From positions 26,798 to 90,797 of the forward strand of contig DASSTL010000015.1 in NCBI GenBank assembly GCA_035707985.1: a stretch of DNA of 64,000 nucleotides, given 5' to 3'. Below, one piece after another: positions 37,934 to 47,799 of this stretch. The first letter of the stretch is position 1. Every line of letters starts with the position of its first letter. The DNA is from Nocardioides sp. GTDB taxonomy: Bacteria > Actinomycetota > Actinomycetes > Propionibacteriales > Nocardioidaceae. Under the pieces are notes generated by a model. That model did not search any database and was not told where the DNA came from. It saw only the letters and a list, made by a program, of their open reading frames with translations. The position numbers were made by a program, and so were the translations under genes.

Positions 37934-39304
37934 CTATCGTCTCCTCACGGCCTTGTCGTAGAGGCTGGTCAGTCGGTGCTCAGGGTCGTACCGGTCCTTC
38001 ACCCGCGCCAGGTTGGCGCCGTCGTAGAGCCGGTCGAAGGTCTCGCGGTCGTAGAACGCCTCCGAGTAGAGCGACTTGTGGCCGTCGAGCTCGTGGACCT
38101 TGGCCTCGATTGCGCGGTTGCGCGGTGCGTTCGGGGCCTCGGGACCGACCCCCACGTTGCCCCAGAAACCCACGTTCACGTAGATCTGGTCGGGCTGGAG
38201 CGGGTAGGTCGGCCACTTCTTGGACGCCGTCAGCGGGCACAGCCAGACCGGCCGCATCCCGACCTCGGCGTCGAACCAGTCGAGGAACTCGCCCAGCCGC
38301 TCGACCGGGATCTCGACGTCCTGGACGACGCGTTCGCCCTCCGGGTTGCCTCTGCGGCGGTCGAGCCAGGCGCCCACGTGGAAGCGGTGGTCGAGCTGGA
38401 CCATCCGGTAGTACACGTCGCTGCGCTTGTACTTGCGCGGCCAGAACCGGCGGACCACCGGGTGCTGGGCGCCGAACGCGCGGGAGCACCAGAACCAGTC
38501 GGTGTCCCAACGCCACAGGTAGTCGTACATCGTCAGCAGGTCGCGCCCGGTGCCCGACGAGGCGAGCTCCTGGATCGAGCGGTAGTAGATCTTCCGACCG
38601 GTGTAGTCACTGGGCGACGTGGCGGCGCGGTCGCTCCAGGTCGCCAGCGTCAGGTAGTACTCCCCCGGCTGGAACGCCGTGCCGTCGAGCCCGTCGACCC
38701 GGACGCCGTCGTACTCCTTGGTCTCCATGATCTGCGTGATCGTCTTCGAGAGCACGCCGGCGTCGTCGAACCGCACGTGGCGCAGCTCGACGTACGACGG
38801 CACCTTCTCGAGCTCGATCCGGAGCCGGATTGCGTAGCCCAGCGACCCGTAGGAGTTGGGGAACGTGTCGAACAGCTCGTCGCCCGGCTTGGTGGTCACC
38901 ACCTCGCCGGCGCCGGTGAAGATGTCCATCTCCACGACCGACTCGTGCGGCAGGCCGCTGCGGAAGCTGGTCGACTCGATGCCCAGGCCGCTGACGGCGC
39001 CACCGAGCGTGATCGTCCGCAGCTGTGGCACGACGTAGGGGATGAAGCCGCGCGGGAGGGTCGCGTCGACGAGGTCCTCGTAGGTGCACATGCCCTGCAC
39101 GTCGGCGGTCTGCGCGTCGGTGTCGATCGAGATCACGCCGCTGAGGCCGGAGACGTCGAGACCGGGAGTACCGGTCGCCGCGCGGGGGCGGAAGAGGTTC
39201 GAGGTCTTCTTGGCCAGACGCACGGGCTGTCCGGCCGGGATGGCGTCGTAGGACGCCTTCAGGCGCGTGACCGCGGCCTCGTGGGCTGCCTGTCCGGTGA
39301 GCAC
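37934..39304 (-). CDS. FAD-binding oxidoreductase (TmsA/BfaA-like, DHCR24-related)
   Basis: RLAKKTSNLFR, VVPQLRTITLGGA, YLWRWDTDWFWCS, HKSLYS; operon partner of cfa. Confidence 0.85.
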   Translation of the reverse strand: MLTGQAAHEAAVTRLKASYDAIPAGQPVRLAKKTSNLFRPRAATGTPGLDVSGLSGVISIDTDAQTADVQGMCTYEDLVDATLPRGFIPYVVPQLRTITLGGAVSGLGIESTSFRSGLPHESVVEMDIFTGAGEVVTTKPGDELFDTFPNSYGSLGYAIRLRIELEKVPSYVELRHVRFDDAGVLSKTITQIMETKEYDGVRVDGLDGTAFQPGEYYLTLATWSDRAATSPSDYTGRKIYYRSIQELASSGTGRDLLTMYDYLWRWDTDWFWCSRAFGAQHPVVRRFWPRKYKRSDVYYRMVQLDHRFHVGAWLDRRRGNPEGERVVQDVEIPVERLGEFLDWFDAEVGMRPVWLCPLTASKKWPTYPLQPDQIYVNVGFWGNVGVGPEAPNAPRNRAIEAKVHELDGHKSLYSEAFYDRETFDRLYDGANLARVKDRYDPEHRLTSLYDKAVRRR

Positions 39305-39314
39305 GGACGAAAAC

Positions 39315-40214
39315 TTACTCTGCGGCCAGCTCCGCCAGAACCGCCAGGTCGCCGTCGGTCAGGCGGAGACCCGCGGCGGCGACGTTCTGCTCCAGGTGCC
39401 CGAGGTCACCGGTCCCGGGGATGGCGAGGACGTGGGGGCCCAGCGCGAGGTTCCAGGCGATGCGGACCTGGGCCGCCGTCGCCTCGTGCGCCCGGGCGAT
39501 GGCGTGGATCGCGTCGTACCGCTCCTCGGCCGCACCCTCGCGGGACTGCCCGGCGATGGTGAAGAACGGGACGAAGGCGATGCCCGCGTCGCGGCAGGCG
39601 CTCAGCACACCGTTGGTGTCCGATCGCTCGTAGCCCGGCGCGTGCCGGTTCTGGACGCACACGATCGGGCTGACCTCGCGGGCGGCGTGGAGAGACTCCA
39701 CCCCGACGTTGGACAGGCCGATGTGCTCGAGAAGGCCCTCGTCGCGCAGCGCCGCCAGAGCGTCGACGGCAGCCGGTACGTCGTCGCGGCCGTTGCTGCG
39801 GTAGTTCACGACGTGCAGTCGCTCTAGCCCCAGGGTCTCGAGGTTGTGCTCGAGGTGAGATCTCAGCTGGTCGGGGCGAGCCCAGTCGCCCCACTCGCCG
39901 GTCCGCAGGTCGCGGCCGGGGCCGATCTTGGTGGCGATGGTGAGGGCTTCGGGGTAGGGCGCCAGGGCGTCGCGGATGACCGCGTTGGCGCGGGCTGAGG
40001 CGGAGAAGTAGAAGGCGGCGGTGTCGATGTGGTTCACGCCCAGCTCGACCGCCCGGCGTACCACGGCGGCGGACTGCTCGGGGTCTCGGTCGTCGCCGCG
40101 TCCCATCCCACCGGTGCCGGTGAGGCGCATGGCGCCGAAGCCGAGGCGGTTGACGGTGCGGCTCCCGAGCTCGAAGGTCCCTGCTGCTGCCGCTGTGGTC
40201 GTTCCCGAGATCAT
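39315..40214 (-). CDS. Aldo/keto reductase
   Basis: RLGFGAMRL, IDTAAFY, IGLSN, IPGT. Confidence 0.88.
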   Translation of the reverse strand: MISGTTTAAAAGTFELGSRTVNRLGFGAMRLTGTGGMGRGDDRDPEQSAAVVRRAVELGVNHIDTAAFYFSASARANAVIRDALAPYPEALTIATKIGPGRDLRTGEWGDWARPDQLRSHLEHNLETLGLERLHVVNYRSNGRDDVPAAVDALAALRDEGLLEHIGLSNVGVESLHAAREVSPIVCVQNRHAPGYERSDTNGVLSACRDAGIAFVPFFTIAGQSREGAAEERYDAIHAIARAHEATAAQVRIAWNLALGPHVLAIPGTGDLGHLEQNVAAAGLRLTDGDLAVLAELAAE

Positions 40215-40218
40215 CCCG

Positions 40219-40515
40219 TCAGCCTAGGTGGACGACCACACCATCTCCCGCGAACTCCTGGAGGGCGCGCAGGTCCGGCTCGCCCTCACCGCCGAGGCGG
40301 ACTGCCGCCTCCAGGCCGCGGGAGCCCGACGAGATCGCCATCGCGACGCAGACCTCGAGTGCGTTCAGCCGGAGGCTCGGCAGGGCGACCGCTGCCGCGG
40401 CGTACGTGCGGCCATCCAGGTCGCGCACGGCCGCTCCTTCCGGTGCCCCGGTGCGAGCCATGGTGGCGCGGGCGAGCGTCACCAGCTTCTGGTCCTCGGC
40501 GGAGAGGTCTGGCAT
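40219..40515 (-). CDS. Degenerate cytidine-deaminase-like protein
   Basis: EGAAVRDLDGRTY N-terminus resembles Cdd, but the HAE/CAE and PCxxC zinc motifs are absent. Confidence 0.7.
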   Translation of the reverse strand: MPDLSAEDQKLVTLARATMARTGAPEGAAVRDLDGRTYAAAAVALPSLRLNALEVCVAMAISSGSRGLEAAVRLGGEGEPDLRALQEFAGDGVVVHLG

Positions 40516-40549
40516 GCGCGCACGCTAGCCGGTCAGGCCAGGGGTCAGC

Positions 40550-42076
40550 CTAGGCGGCCGGGATCACGTACTTCCCGTGGAACAGGTGGTGGGGGTCGTA
40601 CGTGGTGCGCAGCCGGCGGAGGCGCGCGTAGTTCGAGCCGTAGTACGCGGACAGGGGACGCGCCGGCTCCAGGTAGTTGATGTACGCCCCGACCGAGGCT
40701 GACCCGAACTTCGTGTGACCGGTCGTGATCCAGTTGTACGTCGACGTCCGGAGCGACGCGCTCGGGGTCGAGGAGAAGGTGACCTTCCACTGCACGGAGG
40801 CGAGCGCGGTGCGCCACGGGAAGGCGGTGTCGGCGACGGCCTTGCTCCCGACCGCGCCCCCCAACGGCTCGAGGATCAGGATCGTCGAGCCGTTCGTCTT
40901 CGCGCGGGTACGCAGGTAGCCCGAGATCGTGGAGATCTCGCTGGTGGTCAGGGCACGACCGAGGACGTCGCTCCCGTTGACGTGGGCCCGGCGGGTGAGC
41001 TTCCCGGCCGGTGCCAGCTGGCACTGGCTGTCGGTGAACCCGGCACACCCGGCCACCTGCTGCAGTGCCTCCTTGTGCGTGTACTGGGTGGTCGTCCTGG
41101 CCGCCGGCGTACGGCCGATCGCTGCGATCAGCGCGTTGACCTCGGCCGTCGGAGTCGTACCGAGAGTGAACACCTGGATGCTCGGCGTGACGTGCTTCGA
41201 GCCCGTCTGCAGGTGCAGGACCGGCCAGCTGGTGCCCGGCGCCGCTGGAAGCCGCTGCTGCCATCCGGCGATGACACGTTCCATGTCCGCGTCGTTCCAG
41301 CGCAGCGTCGCGTAGCCGATGGGCGTCGCCGGGCTGGTGGCGAACGTGTACTCCGTCACGACGCCGAAGTTGCCGCCACCTCCGCCCCGGCAGGCCCAGA
41401 AGAGGTCGGCGTTCTGCGTGGCGCTCGCACGTACCGTGCTGCCGTCGGCGAGCACGACCTGCACGGCCTGGAGAGCGTCACAGGTGAGGCCGTACGCCCG
41501 GTCCTCGAAGCCGATACCGCCACCCAACGTGAGGCCGGAGACCCCGACCGTCGCGCAGGTGCCGGTGGGGATCGTCTGGGTGAACGGCTCGAGAGTCGCG
41601 TGGACGGAGTACAAGCCGGCCCCCGCGCCGACGACGACGGTGTGGTTGCTGCTGTTGTAGGTGACGGCGTTGAGGCGACGGAGGTCGAGCTGGAGCCCCT
41701 TGTCGCCCCCGGAGCTGCCGACGTAGGAGTGGCCACCGGACCGGGGAGCGAACGGTGATGCGAAGCCGGACGCGAACTTCACCGTGGTCGCCACGTCGGC
41801 CACGGTGGCCGGCTGCACGACTGCGAGCGGACGTTCGCTGTCGAAGACCGGGTCGAAGAGCTGCAGGGCGCTCAGGTAGCCGGAAGCACTGGGCAGCAGG
41901 ACAGATCCCGACAACGAGGCCGCGAGGCTCTTGAGGTCGGCCGTGGTCGGCGACCCGGTCGCCGCTGCGCTCGCTGCCGGGGACACCAGCCCCGTGACCC
42001 TGCCGACGGCGGCCGCCCCCGCCAGTCCGGTTCCTGCGACCAACAACGTGCGGCGCGTCAGCTCACGGTCGTACAT
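40550..42076 (-). CDS. Tat-exported berberine-bridge-enzyme-like FAD oxidase
   Basis: TRRTLL Tat motif; RSGGHSY and GTCATVG (bicovalent FAD His/Cys); AYINY...YYGSNY..L...YDP BBE tail. Confidence 0.88.
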   Translation of the reverse strand: MYDRELTRRTLLVAGTGLAGAAAVGRVTGLVSPAASAAATGSPTTADLKSLAASLSGSVLLPSASGYLSALQLFDPVFDSERPLAVVQPATVADVATTVKFASGFASPFAPRSGGHSYVGSSGGDKGLQLDLRRLNAVTYNSSNHTVVVGAGAGLYSVHATLEPFTQTIPTGTCATVGVSGLTLGGGIGFEDRAYGLTCDALQAVQVVLADGSTVRASATQNADLFWACRGGGGGNFGVVTEYTFATSPATPIGYATLRWNDADMERVIAGWQQRLPAAPGTSWPVLHLQTGSKHVTPSIQVFTLGTTPTAEVNALIAAIGRTPAARTTTQYTHKEALQQVAGCAGFTDSQCQLAPAGKLTRRAHVNGSDVLGRALTTSEISTISGYLRTRAKTNGSTILILEPLGGAVGSKAVADTAFPWRTALASVQWKVTFSSTPSASLRTSTYNWITTGHTKFGSASVGAYINYLEPARPLSAYYGSNYARLRRLRTTYDPHHLFHGKYVIPAA

Positions 42077-42290
42077 CTTCGGAGAATGGCACTGCCCCGC
42101 GGTCTGCACCATCCCCCGCGCGAGCCACATGACGCAGGTCGGGGAAGTAGGGCTCGACCCCTCGGGCGACTCCGTGGCCACGAGCTCGGCGGTGCCTCAG
42201 CCACATTTCTGCGGCCGAGAATGTGGTTCACCCACCGCCCGGGCACCCTTAGATCGCGGTCTCCTCGTCCTGCCCTCACGCTAGGAAGGC

Positions 42291-42342
42291 CGGCGACCGC
42301 CCGGCAACGGGATTGAGTTCCCGCTGCCGGGCGTCGACCGGT
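42291..42342 (-). terminator. Stem-loop downstream of the protease gene
   Basis: IR CGCCCGGCA...TGCCGGGCG with inner CGGGA/TCCCG pairing, immediately after stop 42346. Confidence 0.5.
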
Positions 42343-42345
42343 GCT

Positions 42346-43233
42346 TCAGGCCGTGCCTCCGTGAGCGGCGGCCGTCGAGGTGATCCAGTGGAGCGCCTCG
42401 GGCGTGTCCACCCGGTAGGAGTAGGTGTTGCCCGAGCAGATGTCGTTCGCGACGAACGAGTTCACCGCGAGGACGACGTTCGTCCCACCCTTGAGGTTGG
42501 GTCCGCCGGAGTCACCGAAGCAGGTCCCGCCCTTGTTCGAGTGCAGCTTGAGGAACTCGTCGGACAGCGTGTCGTTGCTCGCAACCAGGGTGGTGCGGGC
42601 GAAGAAGCGCGTCGCCGAGGCTCCGGGAGCCTTCTTGCAGTTCGGGTCGCACGGACCGGAACCGTTGACGAAGCCCTGCACGCCGTATCCGGCGACGTCG
42701 ATGGGCGCGTTGTTGCGCAACGTGTCGACGAGGTTCGCCCTCGGCAGGGCGCCGTACTGACCGTTGGTCGCGGCCGCAGGGATCAGACCGCAGTGGTAGG
42801 TGCTGACGCTCACCGGCATGGAGCAGCCCGGCTCACCGAAGACGACGATCGCGACGTCGTGGGTGTCGAAGTGCGGCAGACCGCCCTTCGCGCCGATGAC
42901 CCACTGCGGGTCGGAGTAGTAGGCACCGACGAACCAGACCCGGTCTGCGGCCGGGGTGTTGATCAGGTCGGGGTCGAAGCTGACCCGGACCTGGGGGGCC
43001 CCGGTCGTGCTGTTGGTGCCGAGAGCCGACGTGCTGTCGCTGAAGCAGTGCGCGGCGGTGAGCATCACCGTCGGCGACAGCAGCGTGCCGGTGCAGGCGA
43101 AGACCCCGTTGTCCTCGTAGGCGATGTACGGGTGGTTGTTCCCGTCGAAGGTGCCGTTGGTGACGGCGTTCGCCGGCAACGTCAGGCCCAGACAGGCCAG
43201 CAGAGGCACGACGAAGATGAGCAAGCGTCGCAT
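42346..43233 (-). CDS. Secreted trypsin-like (S1) serine protease
   Basis: Signal peptide; LTAAHC, HDVAI, TCFGDSGGP catalytic triad motifs. Confidence 0.9.
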   Translation of the reverse strand: MRRLLIFVVPLLACLGLTLPANAVTNGTFDGNNHPYIAYEDNGVFACTGTLLSPTVMLTAAHCFSDSTSALGTNSTTGAPQVRVSFDPDLINTPAADRVWFVGAYYSDPQWVIGAKGGLPHFDTHDVAIVVFGEPGCSMPVSVSTYHCGLIPAAATNGQYGALPRANLVDTLRNNAPIDVAGYGVQGFVNGSGPCDPNCKKAPGASATRFFARTTLVASNDTLSDEFLKLHSNKGGTCFGDSGGPNLKGGTNVVLAVNSFVANDICSGNTYSYRVDTPEALHWITSTAAAHGGTA

Positions 43234-43350
43234 GAGTGTGGTTCCCCCCAACACTGTTGGATTGCAACTGATGAAGTGGTGCACGGTGTCGGGGACGCTA
43301 ACGCGTGAAGCGCCGGCTTGAGAAGGTCTCGCGGGCCCGCCAGAGAAGTC

Positions 43351-44649
43351 TTAACCTTCGGCCTCGGCAGGCTCCTCTTCGAGCCTGCTGACCAGCACGC
43401 TCTCGATCCGGTTACGCCGGCCCTTCGCCGCCTCCGCCACGAAGCGCAGCCCGTGCACGTCGACGTGGGCGCCCGCGATCGGTACCCGGCCCAGGTGCTT
43501 GGCCATCAGGCCGAGCACGGAGTCGACGTCCTCGTCCTCGATGTCGACGCCGAGGAGCTCGTCGAGGTCGTCGATCGGGAAGCGCGACGACACCCGGACC
43601 GACCCGTCGTCGAGCGTCTCGGTCTCGACCTGCTCGGCGTCGTACTCGTCGGTGATCTCGCCGACGATCTCCTCGAGGAGGTCCTCGATCGTCACCAGGC
43701 CGGCCGTCCCGCCGTACTCGTCGACGACGACCGCGATGTGCTGACGGGACGCCTGCATCTCGGACAGAAGGGCGTCGACCGGCTTGGACTCCGGGACATA
43801 GAGCGCGGGCCGCATCACCTCGTCGACCCGCTGGGTGAACTCCACGTCGGGGTCCTCGAAGTCGCGGCGCACGACGTCCTTGAGGTAGGCGAAGCCCACG
43901 ATGTCGTCGAGGTTCTCGCCGATCACCGGGATCCGCGAGAAGCCCGAGCGCAGGAACAGCGAGAGCGTCTGTCGGAGGTTCTTGTAACGCTCGATGTAGA
44001 CCACGTCACCGCGCGGCACCATCACCTCGCGCGCGATCGTGTCGCCGAACTCGAAGACCGAGTGGATCATCGCCCGCTCGCCGGACTCGATGACCGCCGA
44101 GGCCTCGGCGTAGTCGACGAGCTCGCGCAGCTCGGTCTCGGTGGAGAACGGGCCGGTGCGGAAACCACGACCCGGAGTGATCGCGTTGCCCACGAGGATC
44201 AGCAGCTGCGGGATCGGGCCCAGGACCCGGGTGGCCACGGTCAGGATCGTGGCGGCGACCGGGGCGACCCGGTCGGGGTGCTGTCGGCCGACCGTGCGCG
44301 GGGCGACGCCGATCGCGACGAACGACACGACGAGCATCACGCCGGCCGCGGTCAGGATCGTCGGCCAGACGGAGCCGTCGTACCACCTCAGGACGACGAG
44401 GGTGAGCAGCACCGCAGCGCCGGTCTCGCACAGCAGGCGCAGCAGGATCGCGGTGTTGAGGTAGCGCGCGCGGTCGTCGAGCAGGGCCACGAGCCGCTTC
44501 GCGCCGGGGCGGCCCTCGCCGACCAGCTCCTCCGCGCGGGCACGGGAGTACGTCGTGAGCGCGGCGTCGGCGGCCGAGAAGACGCCGGCCAGCACGACGA
44601 GCGCGCCGGCGGTGACGAGACCGGTCGGACCGGTGGTCGGGTCGCTCAC
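43351..44649 (-). CDS. CNNM/hemolysin-family CBS-CorC membrane protein
   Basis: DUF21-like TM region, AREVMVPR, FSRIPV, VVDEYGGTAGLVTIED. Confidence 0.92.
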   Translation of the reverse strand: MSDPTTGPTGLVTAGALVVLAGVFSAADAALTTYSRARAEELVGEGRPGAKRLVALLDDRARYLNTAILLRLLCETGAAVLLTLVVLRWYDGSVWPTILTAAGVMLVVSFVAIGVAPRTVGRQHPDRVAPVAATILTVATRVLGPIPQLLILVGNAITPGRGFRTGPFSTETELRELVDYAEASAVIESGERAMIHSVFEFGDTIAREVMVPRGDVVYIERYKNLRQTLSLFLRSGFSRIPVIGENLDDIVGFAYLKDVVRRDFEDPDVEFTQRVDEVMRPALYVPESKPVDALLSEMQASRQHIAVVVDEYGGTAGLVTIEDLLEEIVGEITDEYDAEQVETETLDDGSVRVSSRFPIDDLDELLGVDIEDEDVDSVLGLMAKHLGRVPIAGAHVDVHGLRFVAEAAKGRRNRIESVLVSRLEEEPAEAEG

Positions 44650-44656
44650 CGACCGG

Positions 44657-45109
44657 TCACTCCTGGGCGCGCCACGCCGCGAGAAGCTGGTCCTGGAGGC
44701 CGAACATCTCCTGGTGCTCCTCAGGCTCGGCGTGGTCGTAGCCGAGCAGGTGCAGGACGCCGTGCACCGTCAGCAGCTCGATCTCCGCGTCGGTGCCGTG
44801 ACCCGCGGCCGCACCCTGCTTCTCCGCGACCGCCGGGCACAGGACGAGGTCACCGAGCACACCTTCCTCGGGCTCCTCGTTGACGAGCCCGGGCCGGAGC
44901 TCGTCCATCGGGAAGGCGAGCACGTCGGTCGGGCCTTCCTTCTCCATCCACTGCTCGTTGAGGGTGGCGATGGTGGGCTCGTCGACGGCCTTGATGCACA
45001 GCTCGGCGAGTGGGTGGACGCGCATCTTGTCCATCACGAACCTGCTCAGGGCGGCCAGGCGCTGGACGTCGAGCTCGTAGCCGGACTCGTTGAGGACCTC
45101 GATGCTCAT
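44657..45109 (-). CDS. ybeY: rRNA maturation endoribonuclease YbeY
   Basis: PTDVLAFP, LGDLVLC, HGVLHLLGYDH. Confidence 0.95.
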   Translation of the reverse strand: MSIEVLNESGYELDVQRLAALSRFVMDKMRVHPLAELCIKAVDEPTIATLNEQWMEKEGPTDVLAFPMDELRPGLVNEEPEEGVLGDLVLCPAVAEKQGAAAGHGTDAEIELLTVHGVLHLLGYDHAEPEEHQEMFGLQDQLLAAWRAQE

Positions 45110-46128
45110 CAGTCGGAGCGGGTGCCGATCCGCGGCTGCCGCGCGTCGTAGTCGTCGTACGCCGCCACGATCTGTCCGACCAGCTTGTGCCGCACGACGT
45201 CGTGGGCCGTCAGCCGCTGGAACGAGACGTCCTCGAGCTCGTTGAGGATCCCTTCGACCACACGGAGACCGGACTTCACCCCGCCCGGGAGGTCGACCTG
45301 CGTCACGTCGCCGGTGACCACGATCTTGGAGCCGAACCCGAGCCGGGTCAGGAACATCTTCATCTGCTCGGGCGAGGTGTTCTGCGCCTCGTCGAGGATG
45401 ATGAACGAGTCGTTGAGCGACCGGCCACGCATGAACGCCAGCGGCGCCACCTCGATGGTGCCCGCGGCGAGCAGCTTCGGGATCGAGTCGGGGTCGACCA
45501 TGTCGTGCAGCGCGTCGTACAGCGGCCGGAGGTAGGGGTCGATCTTCTCGCTGAGCGTGCCGGGCAGGAAGCCGAGCCGCTCCCCCGCCTCGACGGCCGG
45601 GCGGGTCAGGATGATGCGGTTGACCTTCTTGGCCTGGAGAGCCTGGACGGCCTTGGCCATCGCCAGGTAGGTCTTGCCGGTGCCGGCGGGGCCGATGCCG
45701 AAGGTGATCGTGTGCTTGTCGATCGAGTCGACGTAGCGCTTCTGGTTCAGCGTCTTCGGGCGGATCGAGCGACCGCGGTTGCTCAGGATGTTGAGCGACA
45801 GAACGTCGGCGGGACGTTCGGAGGTCTCGGCACGCAGCATGGCGAGCACCCGCTCGACGGTCTCGGTGGTGATCCCCTGACCGGAGCGGATCAGCGTCAC
45901 CAGCTCGTCGAGGAGTCGCTCGGCCAGGGCGACCTCGCCCTGGTCTCCCTCGAGCGTGATGCGGTTGCCGCGGACGTGGACGCGCAGGTCGAAGGAACGC
46001 TCGATGAGGGCGAGATGGTCGTCGCCGGGCCCGAGCAGGCGGACCATGTCGATGCTGCCGGGCACCACGACGGTGTGTCGGGTGCCCTCGTCGTCCGATG
46101 CTTGATCGGTTTGTTGGCTTTCTGTCAT
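45109..46128 (-). CDS. phoH: PhoH-family ATPase
   Basis: [37 protein letters not shown]. Confidence 0.95.
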   Translation of the reverse strand: MTESQQTDQASDDEGTRHTVVVPGSIDMVRLLGPGDDHLALIERSFDLRVHVRGNRITLEGDQGEVALAERLLDELVTLIRSGQGITTETVERVLAMLRAETSERPADVLSLNILSNRGRSIRPKTLNQKRYVDSIDKHTITFGIGPAGTGKTYLAMAKAVQALQAKKVNRIILTRPAVEAGERLGFLPGTLSEKIDPYLRPLYDALHDMVDPDSIPKLLAAGTIEVAPLAFMRGRSLNDSFIILDEAQNTSPEQMKMFLTRLGFGSKIVVTGDVTQVDLPGGVKSGLRVVEGILNELEDVSFQRLTAHDVVRHKLVGQIVAAYDDYDARQPRIGTRSD

Positions 46129-46183
46129 CAGGGCCCCCATGGTACGTGCGGGCACCCCCACGCACCCAACGCTTTGCCGAGGC

Positions 46184-46603
46184 TCAAGCCTCGTCCGCCG
46201 GCGGTACGACGGTGGCCCCGAGCTGTGTGACCAGCCCGAACAGGTCGTTGACGCTCCACACGTCACGGACCAGCCCCTCGGCCACCCGCACGAACGTGGC
46301 CCCCTCGTAGGCCACCCCGACCCCGGTCGCCGGGACCGGCCCGAAGGGTCCGTCGTGGTGTCCGGCAGCCCGCCAGCGAAGGCTCACCCGGTCCCCCTGG
46401 GCAACGAGGTCCACGACCTCGTAACGCAGGTCGGAGAAGGAGCTGCGCCGGTCGCGATGCCAGGCCACGACCGCGTCGGGGCCGACCCCGTCGAGGCCAG
46501 GACACCGGGGATGAACGAGCTCGGCAGCCGTGGCTCCGTCGCCGTTCCACACCTCGGCCACCAGACGCCGGACGAGCTCAGCGGGCTCCACGGGGGCGCT
46601 CAC
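46184..46603 (-). CDS. SnoaL-like/ester cyclase family protein
   Basis: FSDLRYEVVDLVAQGDRV, GHHDGPFGPVPATG. Confidence 0.8.
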   Translation of the reverse strand: MSAPVEPAELVRRLVAEVWNGDGATAAELVHPRCPGLDGVGPDAVVAWHRDRRSSFSDLRYEVVDLVAQGDRVSLRWRAAGHHDGPFGPVPATGVGVAYEGATFVRVAEGLVRDVWSVNDLFGLVTQLGATVVPPADEA

Positions 46604-47799
46604 GGGTGGGTGACGGCCAGGATGCCGAGGCACATCTCGTCGGTGGTGCCCTCACCCCACACGACGTAGCGGTCGGGCTGGCCCTGGAAGGCCGGGAGCT
46701 GGTCACGGAGCCACTGCACGTGCTTGCAGGTGACCTTGACGGTCTCGCCCGGCTGCAGGGTGACCGGCTTGATGCGGTGAGCCGCCTGGTTGTCGAAGTC
46801 CCAGATCGGGATGTCGAGGATCGTCCGCGCGCGAGGAGTGCCCGGGTCGACCTGGATCTTGATCGAGCGACCGAGCAGGTGCATGTGGCCGGCGACGGCC
46901 CGGATCGTCGTGGGCTCGCGGATGGTCCGAGTGCACGTCGTCACCTGGGTGTCGCGCTGCTCGCCGCACAGCACGTTCAGCCAGTTCCCCGTCTGGCCGA
47001 CCACACCGAACCGCTGCACCACGTCGGCGATCGACGCCGTCCGGTCGCACAGCGGGTTGTCGGTGTGGCCGGGTCGGCAGGGCAGCTCGACCGGCGCGGG
47101 CAGCAGCATGGTCGAGATCGGAGTCAACCGCGCCGACCGCGGCGCCAGCCGGAGCAGGGCGGCCGAGCGGTCCGGACCGCTGCCGGCCAGCAGGTTGTAG
47201 TGGACCTGCATCACGATGCGGCTGCCGGGCTGCAGGGGTACGCCGTACCCCGGGGCGTCGACGGACTCCTGGCCACCCGGCGCCCAGGCGCCGAGCCACG
47301 AGGCGTCGTTGAGGTCGTTGCTGTCGGGCAGCCCGCTGTCACCGAAGCAGGTCCAGCCCTCGCCGGGATAGGTGTCGTCCAGCTGCTCGGCAGTGGCGAC
47401 CTGGGCGGGGTCGACCCGGAACAGGATCACGTGGTGGACGACGTCCGGGTTGTCGGGCTTGACGAACGTGCCCGTCAGGTAGCGCTCCTGCGTCAGGTGG
47501 GGGTCGAGGAGGAAGCACCGGTAGTCGTCGGTGCCGCCGTTCGGAGCACTGGGCCGGTACGTCGAGTCCATGCGCAGCGCCATCCGGGACTCGCCGGGCC
47601 GCAGGGGCTTCGGCTTCACCCGGGCCACCGAGTGCGCCTGCGGCTGGGAGCTCAGCGTCGGAGTCGACGGCGATGCGGCGGGGGCTCCCGAGGGCGAGGC
47701 GCTGTTGCCGGCAGCCACGATCGCCAGCACCACGGCGAGACCTGCGACGACGACGGCCGTGGCGACCGCCGCGACCCGGCCCGTCAGCCGGGAGGCCAT
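46600..47799 (-). CDS. Membrane-anchored copper type II (PHM/DBH-like) monooxygenase
   Basis: DDYRCF, VVHHVIL, WAPG, QVHYN, GHMHLLG, WDFDNQ, DEMC copper-ligand motifs. Confidence 0.8.
   Translation of the reverse strand: MASRLTGRVAAVATAVVVAGLAVVLAIVAAGNSASPSGAPAASPSTPTLSSQPQAHSVARVKPKPLRPGESRMALRMDSTYRPSAPNGGTDDYRCFLLDPHLTQERYLTGTFVKPDNPDVVHHVILFRVDPAQVATAEQLDDTYPGEGWTCFGDSGLPDSNDLNDASWLGAWAPGGQESVDAPGYGVPLQPGSRIVMQVHYNLLAGSGPDRSAALLRLAPRSARLTPISTMLLPAPVELPCRPGHTDNPLCDRTASIADVVQRFGVVGQTGNWLNVLCGEQRDTQVTTCTRTIREPTTIRAVAGHMHLLGRSIKIQVDPGTPRARTILDIPIWDFDNQAAHRIKPVTLQPGETVKVTCKHVQWLRDQLPAFQGQPDRYVVWGEGTTDEMCLGILAVTHP

Noticed and set aside
43351-44649. Hemolysin/toxin
   Set aside because: CNNM/CorC-type Mg2+-related membrane protein in its usual ybeY operon position
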